A DNA stretch of 23,439 nt from Utricularia gibba (taxonomy: Eukaryota > Plantae > Magnoliophyta): assembly GCA_002189035.1 (NCBI GenBank), contig NEEC01000327.1, positions 1 through 23,439 of the forward strand. The letters run 5' to 3'. The translations under genes were made by a program, and so were the position numbers. A model generated the notes under the pieces. That model was not told the DNA's origin, did not search any database, and saw nothing but the letters and a program-made list of their open reading frames with translations. Positions within the stretch are counted from its first letter, which is position 1. Every line of letters begins with the position of its first letter. Below, in pieces: positions 11,001 through 23,439 of the stretch.

Positions 11001-14000
11001 ACGTCGCACATCCTGGTCCGCGAAGCACCTCTTGCATAACATGCAGATCCTTGCTCTTCATAGCACACTGTTGGGAAGCCCTTTTCGAGCTCCAAGTATT
11101 ATAATTTGGAGTTACGTTTGTCCGATAACTGTGGACATATTAAAAACAAGCCACAACGAAAAGTGTCTTAGGTGTCCTTTCTTGGTGGCTGCGTCTAAGA
11201 ATGTGCTTCTCGTTCTCGACATTGATGCAAATGGGATACACGGCAAAAGAATCAAATAGCCACTAGAGACATGGTGTATGGGAATGGTGCATCAAGAATC
11301 AGAAGTATCATAGCAACTAATTGAATCAATCAACAGCCAAAACATATGGTGTCAAACTTCATCGGATATGCGATCAAGATGGAAAAAAGTCACATGTTAC
11401 ATCATGAATTTCGTGGCATCACTTATCCCAACACTGTTGTATACTCAGGATATGCGTAAATATTTATTTTTAACAAATCCGGTGCACGTGTGATTTTTCG
11501 GCTGCATCCCGAATGGTGATGCGCAATGAAATGACTACGTCGCACATCCTGGTCCGCGAAGCACCTCTTGCATAACATGCAGATCCTTGCTCTTCATAGC
11601 ACACTGTTGGGAAGCCCTTTTCGAGCTCCAAGTATTATAATTTGGAGTTACGTTTGTCCGATAACTGTGGACATATTAAAAAAGGGCCACAACGAAAGGT
11701 GTCTCACGTGGCATTCCGTGGTGACTGCATTTAATAATGTGCTTCATGTTCTCGAAATTGATGCGAACAACATACAAGGCAAAAGAATCAAATAGCCACT
11801 AGAGACATGGTATACGGGAATGGTGCATCAAGAATCAGAAGTATCATAGCAACTAAATGCATCAACATATGGTGTCAGAATTCATCTACTATGCGATCAA
11901 GTTGGAAAAAAGTCACATGCTACATCATGAATTTCGTGGCATCACTTATCCCAACACTGTTATACACTCTGGATATGCGTAAATATTTATTTTTAATGAA
12001 TCCCGTGCACGTGTGATTTTTAGGATGCACCCCGAATGATGATGCGCAATGAAATGACTACGTCGCACATCCTGGTCCGCGAAGCACCTCTTGCATAACA
12101 TGCAGATCCTTGCTCTTCATAGCACACTGTTGGGAAGCCCTTTTCGAGCTCCAAGTATTATAATTTGGAGTTACGTTTGTCCGATAACTGTGGACATATT
12201 AAAAACAAGCCACAACGAAAAGTGTCTTAGGTGTCCTTTCTTGGTGGCTGCGTCTAAGAATGTGCTTCTCGTTCTCGACATTGATGCAAATGGGATACAC
12301 GGCAAAAGAATCAAATAGCCACTAGAGACATGGTGTATGGGAATGGTGCATCAAGAATCAGAAGTATCATAGCAACTAATTGAATCAATCAACAGCCAAA
12401 ACATATGGTGTCAAACTTCATCGGATATGCGATCAAGATGGAAAAAAGTCACATGTTACATCATGAATTTCGTGGCATCACTTATCCCAACACTGTTGTA
12501 TACTCAGGATATGCGTAAATATTTATTTTTAACAATCCGGTGCACGTGTGATTTTTCGGCTGCATCCCGAATGGTGATGCGCAATGAAATGACTACGTCG
12601 CACATCCTGGTCCGCGAAACACCTCTTGCATAACATGCAGATCCTTGCTCTTCATAGCACACTGTTGGGAAGCCCTTTTCGAGCTCCAAGTATTATAATT
12701 TGGAGTTACGTTTGTCCGATAACTGTGGACATATTAAAAAAGGGCCACAACGAAAGGTGTCTCACGTGGCATTCCGTGGTGACTGCATTTAATAATGTGC
12801 TTCATGTTCTCGAAATTGATGCGAACAACATACAAGGCAAAAGAATCAAATAGCCACTAGAGACATGGTATACGGGAATGGTGCATCAAGAATCAGAAGT
12901 ATCATAGCAACTAAATGCATCAACATATGGTGTCAGAATTCATCTACTATGCGATCAAGTTGGAAAAAAGTCACATGCTACATCATGAATTTCGTGGCAT
13001 CACTTATCCCAACACTGTTATACACTCTGGATATGCGTAAATATTTATTTTTAATGAATCCCGTGCACGTGTGATTTTTAGGATGCACCCCGAATGATGA
13101 TGCGCAATGAAATGACTACGTCGCACATCCTGGTCCGCGAAGCACCTCTTGCATAACATGCAGATCCTTGCTCTTCATAGCACACTGTTGGGAAGCCCTT
13201 TTCGAGCTCCAAGTATTATAATTTGGAGTTACGTTTGTCCGATAACTGTGGACATATTAAAAACAAGCCACAACGAAAAGTGTCTTAGGTGTCCTTTCTT
13301 GGTGGCTGCGTCTAAGAATGTGCTTCTCGTTCTCGACATTGATGCAAATGGGATACACGGCAAAAGAATCAAATAGCCACTAGAGACATGGTGTATGGGA
13401 ATGGTGCATCAAGAATCAGAAGTATCATAGCAACTAATTGAATCAATCAACAGCCAAAACATATGGTGTCAAACTTCATCGGATATGCGATCAAGATGGA
13501 AAAAAGTCACATGTTACATCATGAATTTCGTGGCATCACTTATCCCAACACTGTTGTATACTCAGGATATGCGTAAATATTTATTTTTAACAATCCGGTG
13601 CACGTGTGATTTTTCGGCTGCATCCCGAATGGTGATGCGCAATGAAATGACTACGTCGCACATCCTGGTCCGCGAAACACCTCTTGCATAACATGCAGAT
13701 CCTTGCTCTTCATAGCACACTGTTGGGAAGCCCTTTTCGAGCTCCAAGTATTATAATTTGGAGTTACGTTTGTCCGATAACTGTGGACATATTAAAAAAG
13801 GGCCACAACGAAAGGTGTCTCACGTGGCATTCCGTGGTGACTGCATTTAATAATGTGCTTCATGTTCTCGAAATTGATGCGAACAACATACAAGGCAAAA
13901 GAATCAAATAGCCACTAGAGACATGGTATACGGGAATGGTGCATCAAGAATCAGAAGTATCATAGCAACTAAATGCATCAACATATGGTGTCAGAATTCA

Positions 14001-17000
14001 TCTACTATGCGATCAAGTTGGAAAAAAGTCACATGCTACATCATGAATTTCGTGGCATCACTTATCCCAACACTGTTATACACTCTGGATATGCGTAAAT
14101 ATTTATTTTTAATGAATCCCGTGCACGTGTGATTTTTAGGATGCACCCCGAATGATGATGCGCAATGAAATGACTACGTCGCACATCCTGGTCCGCGAAG
14201 CACCTCTTGCATAACATGCAGATCCTTGCTCTTCATAGCACACTGTTGGGAAGCCCTTTTCGAGCTCCAAGTATTATAATTTGGAGTTACGTTTGTCCGA
14301 TAACTGTGGACATATTAAAAACAAGCCACAACGAAAAGTGTCTTAGGTGTCCTTTCTTGGTGGCTGCGTCTAAGAATGTGCTTCTCGTTCTCGACATTGA
14401 TGCAAATGGGATACACGGCAAAAGAATCAAATAGCCACTAGAGACATGGTGTATGGGAATGGTGCATCAAGAATCAGAAGTATCATAGCAACTAATTGAA
14501 TCAATCAACAGCCAAAACATATGGTGTCAAACTTCATCGGATATGCGATCAAGATGGAAAAAAGTCACATGTTACATCATGAATTTCGTGGCATCACTTA
14601 TCCCAACACTGTTGTATACTCAGGATATGCGTAAATATTTATTTTTAACAAATCCGGTGCACGTGTGATTTTTCGGCTGCATCCCGAATGGTGATGCGCA
14701 ATGAAATGACTACGTCGCACATCCTGGTCCGCGAAACACCTCTTGCATAACATGCAGATCCTTGCTCTTCATAGCACACTGTTGGGAAGCCCTTTTCGAG
14801 CTCCAAGTATTATAATTTGGAGTTACGTTTGTCCGATAACTGTGGACATATTAAAAAAGGGCCACAACGAAAGGTGTCTCACGTGGCATTCCGTGGTGAC
14901 TGCATTTAATAATGTGCTTCATGTTCTCGAAATTGATGCGAACAACATACAAGGCAAAAGAATCAAATAGCCACTAGAGACATGGTATACGGGAATGGTG
15001 CATCAAGAATCAGAAGTATCATAGCAACTAAATGCATCAACATATGGTGTCAGAATTCATCTACTATGCGATCAAGTTGGAAAAAAGTCACATGCTACAT
15101 CATGAATTTCGTGGCATCACTTATCCCAACACTGTTATACACTCTGGATATGCGTAAATATTTATTTTTAATGAATCCCGTGCACGTGTGATTTTTAGGA
15201 TGCACCCCGAATGATGATGCGCAATGAAATGACTACGTCGCACATCCTGGTCCGCGAAGCACCTCTTGCATAACATGCAGATCCTTGCTCTTCATAGCAC
15301 ACTGTTGGGAAGCCCTTTTCGAGCTCCAAGTATTATAATTTGGAGTTACGTTTGTCCGATAACTGTGGACATATTAAAAACAAGCCACAACGAAAAGTGT
15401 CTTAGGTGTCCTTTCTTGGTGGCTGCGTCTAAGAATGTGCTTCTCGTTCTCGACATTGATGCAAATGGGATACACGGCAAAAGAATCAAATAGCCACTAG
15501 AGACATGGTGTATGGGAATGGTGCATCAAGAATCAGAAGTATCATAGCAACTAATTGAATCAATCAACAGCCAAAACATATGGTGTCAAACTTCATCGGA
15601 TATGCGATCAAGATGGAAAAAAGTCACATGTTACATCATGAATTTCGTGGCATCACTTATCCCAACACTGTTGTATACTCAGGATATGCGTAAATATTTA
15701 TTTTTAACAAATCCGGTGCACGTGTGATTTTTCGGATGCATCCCGAATGGTGATGCGCAATGAAATGACTACGTCGCACATCCTGGTCCGCGAAACACCT
15801 CTTGCATAACATGCAGATCCTTGCTCTTCATAGCACACTGTTGGGAAGCCCTTTTCGAGCTCCAAGTATTATAATTTGGAGTTACGTTTGTCCGATAACT
15901 GTGGACATATTAAAAAAGGGCCACAACGAAAGGTGTCTCACGTGGCATTCCGTGGTGACTGCATTTAATAATGTGCTTCATGTTCTCGAAATTGATGCGA
16001 ACAACATACAAGGCAAAAGAATCAAATAGCCACTAGAGACATGGTATACGGGAATGGTGCATCAAGAATCAGAAGTATCATAGCAACTAAATGCATCAAC
16101 ATATGGTGTCAGAATTCATCTACTATGCGATCAAGTTGGAAAAAAGTCACATGCTACATCATGAATTTCGTGGCATCACTTATCCCAACACTGTTATACA
16201 CTCTGGATATGCGTAAATATTTATTTTTAATGAATCCCGTGCACGTGTGATTTTTAGGATGCACCCCGAATGATGATGCGCAATGAAATGACTACGTCGC
16301 ACATCCTGGTCCGCGAAGCACCTCTTGCATAACATGCAGATCCTTGCTCTTCATAGCACACTGTTGGGAAGCCCTTTTCGAGCTCCAAGTATTATAATTT
16401 GGAGTTACGTTTGTCCGATAACTGTGGACATATTAAAAACAAGCCACAACGAAAAGTGTCTTAGGTGTCCTTTCTTGGTGGCTGCGTCTAAGAATGTGCT
16501 TCTCGTTCTCGACATTGATGCAAATGGGATACACGGCAAAAGAATCAAATAGCCACTAGAGACATGGTGTATGGGAATGGTGCATCAAGAATCAGAAGTA
16601 TCATAGCAACTAATTGAATCAATCAACAGCCAAAACATATGGTGTCAAACTTCATCGGATATGCGATCAAGATGGAAAAAAGTCACATGTTACATCATGA
16701 ATTTCGTGGCATCACTTATCCCAACACTGTTATATACTCTGGATATGCGTAAATATTTATTTTTAATGAATCCGGTGCACGTGTGATTTTTAGGCTGCAC
16801 CCGAATGATGATGCGCAATGAAATGACTACGTCGCACATCCTGGTCCGCGAAGCACCTCTGCATAACATGCAGATCCTTGCTCTTCATAGCACACTGTTG
16901 GGAAGCCCTTTCGAGCTCCAAGTATTATAATTTGGAGTTACGTTTGTCCGATAACTGTGGACATATTAAAAAAGGGCCACAACGAAAGGTGTCTCACGTG

Positions 17001-18437
17001 GCATTCCGTGGTGACTGCATTTAATAATGTGCTTCATGTTCTCGAAATTGATGCGAACAACATACAAGGCAAAAGAATCAAATAGCCACTAGAGACATGG
17101 TATACGGGAATGGTGCATCAAGAATCAGAAGTATCATAGCAACTAAATGCATCAACATATGGTGTCAGAATTCATCTACTATGCGATCAAGTTGGAAAAA
17201 AGTCACATGCTACATCATGAATTTCGTGGCATCACTTATCCCAACACTGTTATACACTCTGGATATGCGTAAATATTTATTTTTAATGAATCCCGTGCAC
17301 GTGTGATTTTTAGGATGCACCCGAATGATGATGCGCAATGAAATGACTACGTCGCACATCCTGGTCCGCGAAGCACCTCTTGCATAACATGCAGATCCTT
17401 GCTCTTCATAGCACACTGTTGGGAAGCCCTTTTCGAGCTCCAAGTATTATAATTTGGAGTTACGTTTGTCCGATAACTGTGGACATATTAAAAACAAGCC
17501 ACAACGAAAAGTGTCTTAGGTGTCCTTTCTTGGTGGCTGCGTCTAAGAATGTGCTTCTCGTTCTCGACATTGATGCAAATGGGATACACGGCAAAAGAAT
17601 CAAATAGCCACTAGAGACATGGTGTATGGGAATGGTGCATCAAGAATCAGAAGTATCATAGCAACTAATTGAATCAATCAACAGCCAAAACATATGGTGT
17701 CAAACTTCATCGGATATGCGATCAAGATGGAAAAAAGTCACATGTTACATCATGAATTTCGTGGCATCACTTATCCCAACACTGTTGTATACTCAGGATA
17801 TGCGTAAATATTTATTTTTAACAAATCCGGTGCACGTGTGATTTTTCGGCTGCATCCCGAATGGTGATGCGCAATGAAATGACTACGTCGCACATCCTGG
17901 TCCGCGAAACACCTCTTGCATAACATGCAGATCCTTGCTCTTCATAGCACACTGTTGGGAAGCCCTTTTCGAGCTCCAAGTATTATAATTTGGAGTTACG
18001 TTTGTCCGATAACTGTGGACATATTAAAAAAGGGCCACAACGAAAGGTGTCTCACGTGGCATTCCGTGGTGACTGCATTTAATATGTGCTTCATGTTCTC
18101 GAAATTGATGCGAACAACATACAAGGCAAAAGAATCAAATAGCCACTAGAGACATGGTATACGGGAATGGTGCATCAAGAATCAGAAGTATCATAGCAAC
18201 TAAATGCATCAACATATGGTGTCAGAATTCATCTACTATGCGATCAAGTTGGAAAAAAGTCACATGCTACATCATGAATTTCGTGGCATCACTTATCCCA
18301 ACACTGTTATACACTCTGGATATGCGTAAATATTTATTTTTAATGAATCCCGTGCACGTGTGATTTTTAGGATGCACCCCGAATGATGATGCGCAATGAA
18401 ATGACTACGTCGCACATCCTGGTCCGCGAAGCACCTC

Positions 18438-21069
18438 TTGCATAACATGCAGATCCTTGCTCTTCATAGCACACTGTTGGGAAGCCCTTTTCGAGCTCCA
18501 AGTATTATAATTTGGAGTTACGTTTGTCCGATAACTGTGGACATATTAAAAACAAGCCACAACGAAAAGTGTCTTAGGTGTCCTTTCTTGGTGGCTGCGT
18601 CTAAGAATGTGCTTCTCGTTCTCGACATTGATGCAAATGGGATACACGGCAAAAGAATCAAATAGCCACTAGAGACATGGTGTATGGGAATGGTGCATCA
18701 AGAATCAGAAGTATCATAGCAACTAATTGAATCAATCAACAGCCAAAACATATGGTGTCAAACTTCATCGGATATGCGATCAAGATGGAAAAAAGTCACA
18801 TGTTACATCATGAATTTCGTGGCATCACTTATCCCAACACTGTTATACACTCTGGATATGCGTAAATATTTATTTTTAATGAATCCGTGCACGTGTGATT
18901 TTTAGGATGCACCCGAATGATGATGCGCAATGAAATGACTACGTCGCACATCCTGGTCCGCGAACACCTCTGCATAACATGCAGATCCTTGCTCTTCATA
19001 GCACACTGTTGGGAAGCCCTTTTCGAGCTCCAAGTATTATAATTTGGAGTTACGTTTGTCCGATAACTGTGGACATATTAAAAAAGGGCCACAACGAAAG
19101 GTGTCTCACGTGGCATTCCGTGGTGACTGCATTTAATAATGTGCTTCATGTTCTCGAAATTGATGCGAACAACATACAAGGCAAAAGAATCAAATAGCCA
19201 CTAGAGACATGGTATACGGGAATGGTGCATCAAGAATCAGAAGTATCATAGCAACTAAATGCATCAACATATGGTGTCAGAATTCATCTACTATGCGATC
19301 AAGTTGGAAAAAAGTCACATGCTACATCATGAATTTCGTGGCATCACTTATCCCAACACTGTTATACACTCTGGATATGCGTAAATATTTATTTTTAATG
19401 AATCCCGTGCACGTGTGATTTTTAGGATGCACCCCGAATGATGATGCGCAATGAAATGACTACGTCGCACATCCTGGTCCGCGAAGCACCTCTTGCATAA
19501 CATGCAGATCCTTGCTCTTCATAGCACACTGTTGGGAAGCCCTTTTCGAGCTCCAAGTATTATAATTTGGAGTTACGTTTGTCCGATAACTGTGGACATA
19601 TTAAAACAAGCCACAACGAAAAGTGTCTTAGGTGTCCTTTCTTGGTGGCTGCGTCTAAGAATGTGCTTCTCGTTCTCGACATTGATGCAAATGGGATACA
19701 CGGCAAAAGAATCAATAGCCACTAGAGACATGGTGTATGGGAATGGTGCATCAAGAATCAGAAGTATCATAGCAACTAATTGAATCAATCAACAGCCAAA
19801 ACATATGGTGTCAAACTTCATCGGATATGCGATCAAGATGGAAAAAAGTCACATGTTACATCATGAATTTCGTGGCATCACTTATCCCAACACTGTTATA
19901 CACTCTGGATATGCGTAAATATTTATTTTTAATGAATCCGTGCACGTGTGATTTTAGGATGCACCCCGAATGATGATGCGCAATGAAATGACTACGTCGC
20001 ACATCCTGGTCGCGAAGCACCTCTCGCATAACATGCAGATCCTTGCTCTCATAGCACACTGTTGGGAAGCCCTTTCGAGCTCCAAGTATTATAATTTGGA
20101 GTTACGTTTGTCCGATAACTGTGGACATATTAAAAAAGGGCCACAACGAAAGGTGTCTCACGTGGCATTCCGTGGTGACTGCATTTAATAATGTGCTTCA
20201 TGTTCTCGAAATTGATGCGAACAACATACAAGGCAAAAGAATCAAATAGCCACTAGAGACATGGTATACGGGAATGGTGCATCAAGAATCAGAAGTATCA
20301 TAGCAACTAAATGCATCAACATATGGTGTCAGAATTCATCTACTATGCGATCAAGTTGGAAAAAAGTCACATGCTACATCATGAATTTCGTGGCATCACT
20401 TATCCCAACTGTTATACACTCTGGATATGCGTAAATATTTATTTTTAATGAATCCCGTGCACGTGTGATTTTTAGGATGCACCCGAATGATGATGCGCAA
20501 TGAAATGACTACGTCGCACATCCTGGTCCGCGAAGCACCTCTTGCATAACATGCAGATCCTTGCTCTTCATAGCACACTGTTGGGAAGCCCTTTTCGAGC
20601 TCCAAGTATTATAATTTGGAGTTACGTTTGTCCGATAACTGTGGACATATTAAAAAAAGCCACAACGAAAAGTGTCTTAGGTGTCCTTTCTTGGTGGCTG
20701 CGTCTAAGAATGTGCTTCTCGTTCTCGACATTGATGCAAATGGGATACACGGCAAAAGAATCAAATAGCCACTAGAGACATGGTGTATGGGAATGGTGCA
20801 TCAAGAATCAGAAGTATCATAGCAACTAATTGAATCAATCAACAGCCAAAACATATGGTGTCAAACTTCATCGGATATGCGATCAAGATGGAAAAAAGTC
20901 ACATGTTACATCATGAATTTCGTGGCATCACTTATCCCAACACTGTTATACACTCTGGATATGCGTAAATATTTATTTTTAATGAATCCCGTGCACGTGT
21001 GATTTTTTGCACCCCGAATGATGATGCGCAATGAAATGACTACGTCGCACATCCTGGTCGCGAAGCACC
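18438..21069. repeat. Three consecutive HORs whose B monomer is a hybrid (B-type front, A-type tail)
   Basis: The monomers at 18438, 19493 and 20542 carry B alleles through GTCACATGTTAC. They then switch to A alleles (TTATACACTCTGG, AATGAATCC, ATGATGATG). Confidence 0.85.
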
Positions 21070-22123
21070 TCTGCATAACATGCAGATCCTTGCTCTTCAT
21101 AGCACACTGTTGGGAAGCCCTTTTCGAGCTCCAAGTATTATAATTTGGAGTTACGTTTGTCCGATAACTGTGGACATATTAAAAAAGGCCACAACGAAAG
21201 GTGTCTCACGTGGCATTCCGTGGTGACTGCATTTAATAATGTGCTTCATGTTCTCGAAATTGATGCGAACAACATACAAGGCAAAAGAATCAAATAGCCA
21301 CTAGAGACATGGTATACGGGAATGGTGCATCAAGAATCAGAAGTATCATAGCAACTAAATGCATCAACATATGGTGTCAGAATTCATCTACTATGCGATC
21401 AAGTTGGAAAAAAGTCACATGCTACATCATGAATTTCGTGGCATCACTTATCCCAACACTGTTATACACTCTGGATATGCGTAAATATTTATTTTAATGA
21501 ATCCCGTGCACGTGTGATTTTTAGGATGCACCCCGAATGATGATGCGCAATGAAATGACTACGTCGCACATCCTGGTCCGCGAAGCACCTCTTGCATAAC
21601 ATGCAGATCCTTGCTCTTCATAGCACACTGTTGGGAAGCCCTTTTCGAGCTCCAAGTATTATAATTTGGAGTTACGTTTGTCCGATAACTGTGGACATAT
21701 TAAAAACAAGCCACAACGAAAGTGTCTTAGGTGTCCTTTCTTGGTGGCTGCGTCTAAGAATGTGCTTCTCGTTCTCGACATTGATGCAAATGGGATACAC
21801 GGCAAAGAATCAAATAGCCACTAGAGACATGGTGTATGGGAATGGTGCATCAAGAATCAGAAGTATCATAGCAACTAATTGAATCAATCAACAGCCAAAC
21901 ATATGGTGTCAAACTTCATCGGATATGCGATCAAGATGGAAAAAAGTCACATGTTACATCATGAATTTCGTGGCATCACTTATCCCAACACTGTTATATA
22001 CTCTGGATATGCGTAAATATTTATTTTTAATGAATCCCGTGCACGTGTGATTTTTAGGCTGCACCCGAATGATGATGCGCAATGAAATGACTACGTCGCA
22101 CATCCTGGTACGCGAAGCACCTC

Positions 22124-23117
22124 TTGCATAACATGCAGATCCTTGCTCTTCATAGCACACTGTTGGGAAGCCCTTTCGAGCTCCAAGTATTATAATTTGG
22201 AGTTACGTTTTGTCCGATAACTGTGGACATATTAAAAAGGGCCACAACGAAAGGTGTCTCACGTGGCATTCCGTGGTGACTGCATTTAATAATGTGCTTC
22301 ATGTTCTCGAAATTGATGCGAACAACATACAAGGCAAAAGAATCAAATAGCCACTAGAGACATGGTATACGGGAATGGTGCATCAAGAATCAGAAGTATC
22401 ATAGCAACTAAATGCATCAACATATGGTGTCAGAATTCATCTACTATGCGATCAAGTTGGAAAAAAGTCACATGCTACATCATGAATTTCGTGGCATCAC
22501 TTATCCCAACACTGTTACACTCTGGATATGCGTAAATATTTATTTTTAATGAATCAATGAAATGACTACGTCGCACATCCTGGTCCGCGAAGCACCTCTT
22601 GCATAACATGCAGATCCTTGCTCTTCATAGCACACTGTTGGGAAGCCCTTTTCGAGCTCCAAGTATTATAATTTGGAGTTACGTTTGTCCGATAACTGTG
22701 GACATATTAAAAAAGCCACAAACGAAAAGTGTCTCACGTGCATTCCTTGGTGACTGCATTTAAATGTGCTTCATGTTCTCGAATTGATGCGAACAACATA
22801 CAAGGCAAAAGAATCAAATAGCCACTAGAGACATGGTATACGGGAATGGTGCATCAAGAATCAGAAGTATCATAGCAACTAAATGCATCAACAAAATGGT
22901 GTCAGAATTCATCTACTATGCGATCAAGTTGGAAAAAAGTCACATGCTACATCATGAATTTCGTGGCATCACTTATCCCAACACTGTTATACACTCTGGA
23001 TATGCGTAAATATTTATTTTTAATGAATCCCGTGCACGTGTGATTTTTAGGATGCACCCCGAATGATGATGCGCAATGAAATGACTACGTCGCACATCCT
23101 GGTCCGCGAAGCACCTC
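22124..23117. repeat. Irregular pair: A monomer with a 45-bp deletion, followed by an A-like chimeric monomer where B is expected
   Basis: Anchor spacings are 475 and 519 bp. The junction AATGAATCAATGAAATG lies at 22548-22564. The 22599 monomer lacks the 13-bp B insertion and has the A-type EcoRI site. Confidence 0.85.
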
Positions 23118-23439
23118 TTGCATAACATGCAGATCCTTGCTCTTCATAGCACACTGTTGGGAAGCCCTTTTCGAGCTCCAAGTATTATAATTTGGAGTTA
23201 CGTTTGTCCGATAACTGTGGACATATTAAAAAAAGCCACAACGAAAAGTGTCTTAGGTGTCCTTCTTGGTGGCTGCGTCTAAGAATGTGCTTCTCGTTCT
23301 CGACATTGATGCAAATGGGATACACGGCAAAAGAATCAAATAGCCACTAGAGACATGGTGTATGGGAATGGTGCATCAAGAATCAGAAGTATCATAGCAA
23401 CTAATTGAATCAATCAACAGCAAAACATATGGTGTCAAA

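Larger units (their letters stand above)
1..23439. repeat. Tandem satellite-type array of ~44 monomers (523/536 bp) organised as ~22 dimeric higher-order repeats of 1,058-1,059 bp; open at both window edges
   Basis: The anchor TTGCATAACATGCAG recurs at 449, 984, 1507, 2043, 2565, 3101, 3624, 4160 and so on to 22124, 22599 and 23118. Spacing alternates between ~536 and ~523 bp. All copies are in the same orientation, with no unique spacer or flank. Confidence 0.98.

Noticed and set aside
1-23439. CRISPR array
   Set aside because: Units are over 500 bp and fully repeated, with no unique spacers and no cas genes.
1-23439. Telomeric repeats
   Set aside because: There are only isolated TTAGG words within the monomer and no tandem short telomeric motif.

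Overview
The whole 23,439-bp window is one head-to-tail tandem array with no unique sequence. It holds about 44 monomers arranged as about 22 copies of a 1,058-1,059-bp dimeric higher-order repeat (HOR). Each HOR is one 523-bp A monomer (e.g. 984-1506) plus one 536-bp B monomer (e.g. 1507-2042). By my manual alignment, A and B differ by about 45 substitutions and one 13-bp indel (about 91% identity). The A monomer is about 41% GC. The differences are very unevenly spread: a 166-bp block is almost invariant, and the next 95 bp is about 24% divergent. Copies of the same class are almost identical up to about 16.7 kb. After that, A/B hybrid monomers, small indels, a 45-bp deletion and one break in the A/B alternation appear. 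All ORF-track entries are repeated readings of the same repeat unit, and I find no support for protein coding. The best reading is satellite-type DNA, probably eukaryotic, from a source I cannot identify. A concatemer of a ~1.06-kb circle or a partly collapsed assembly cannot be excluded. I found no recognisable gene, RNA gene, transposon or CRISPR array, and no solid evidence of a new biological system beyond the repeat architecture.
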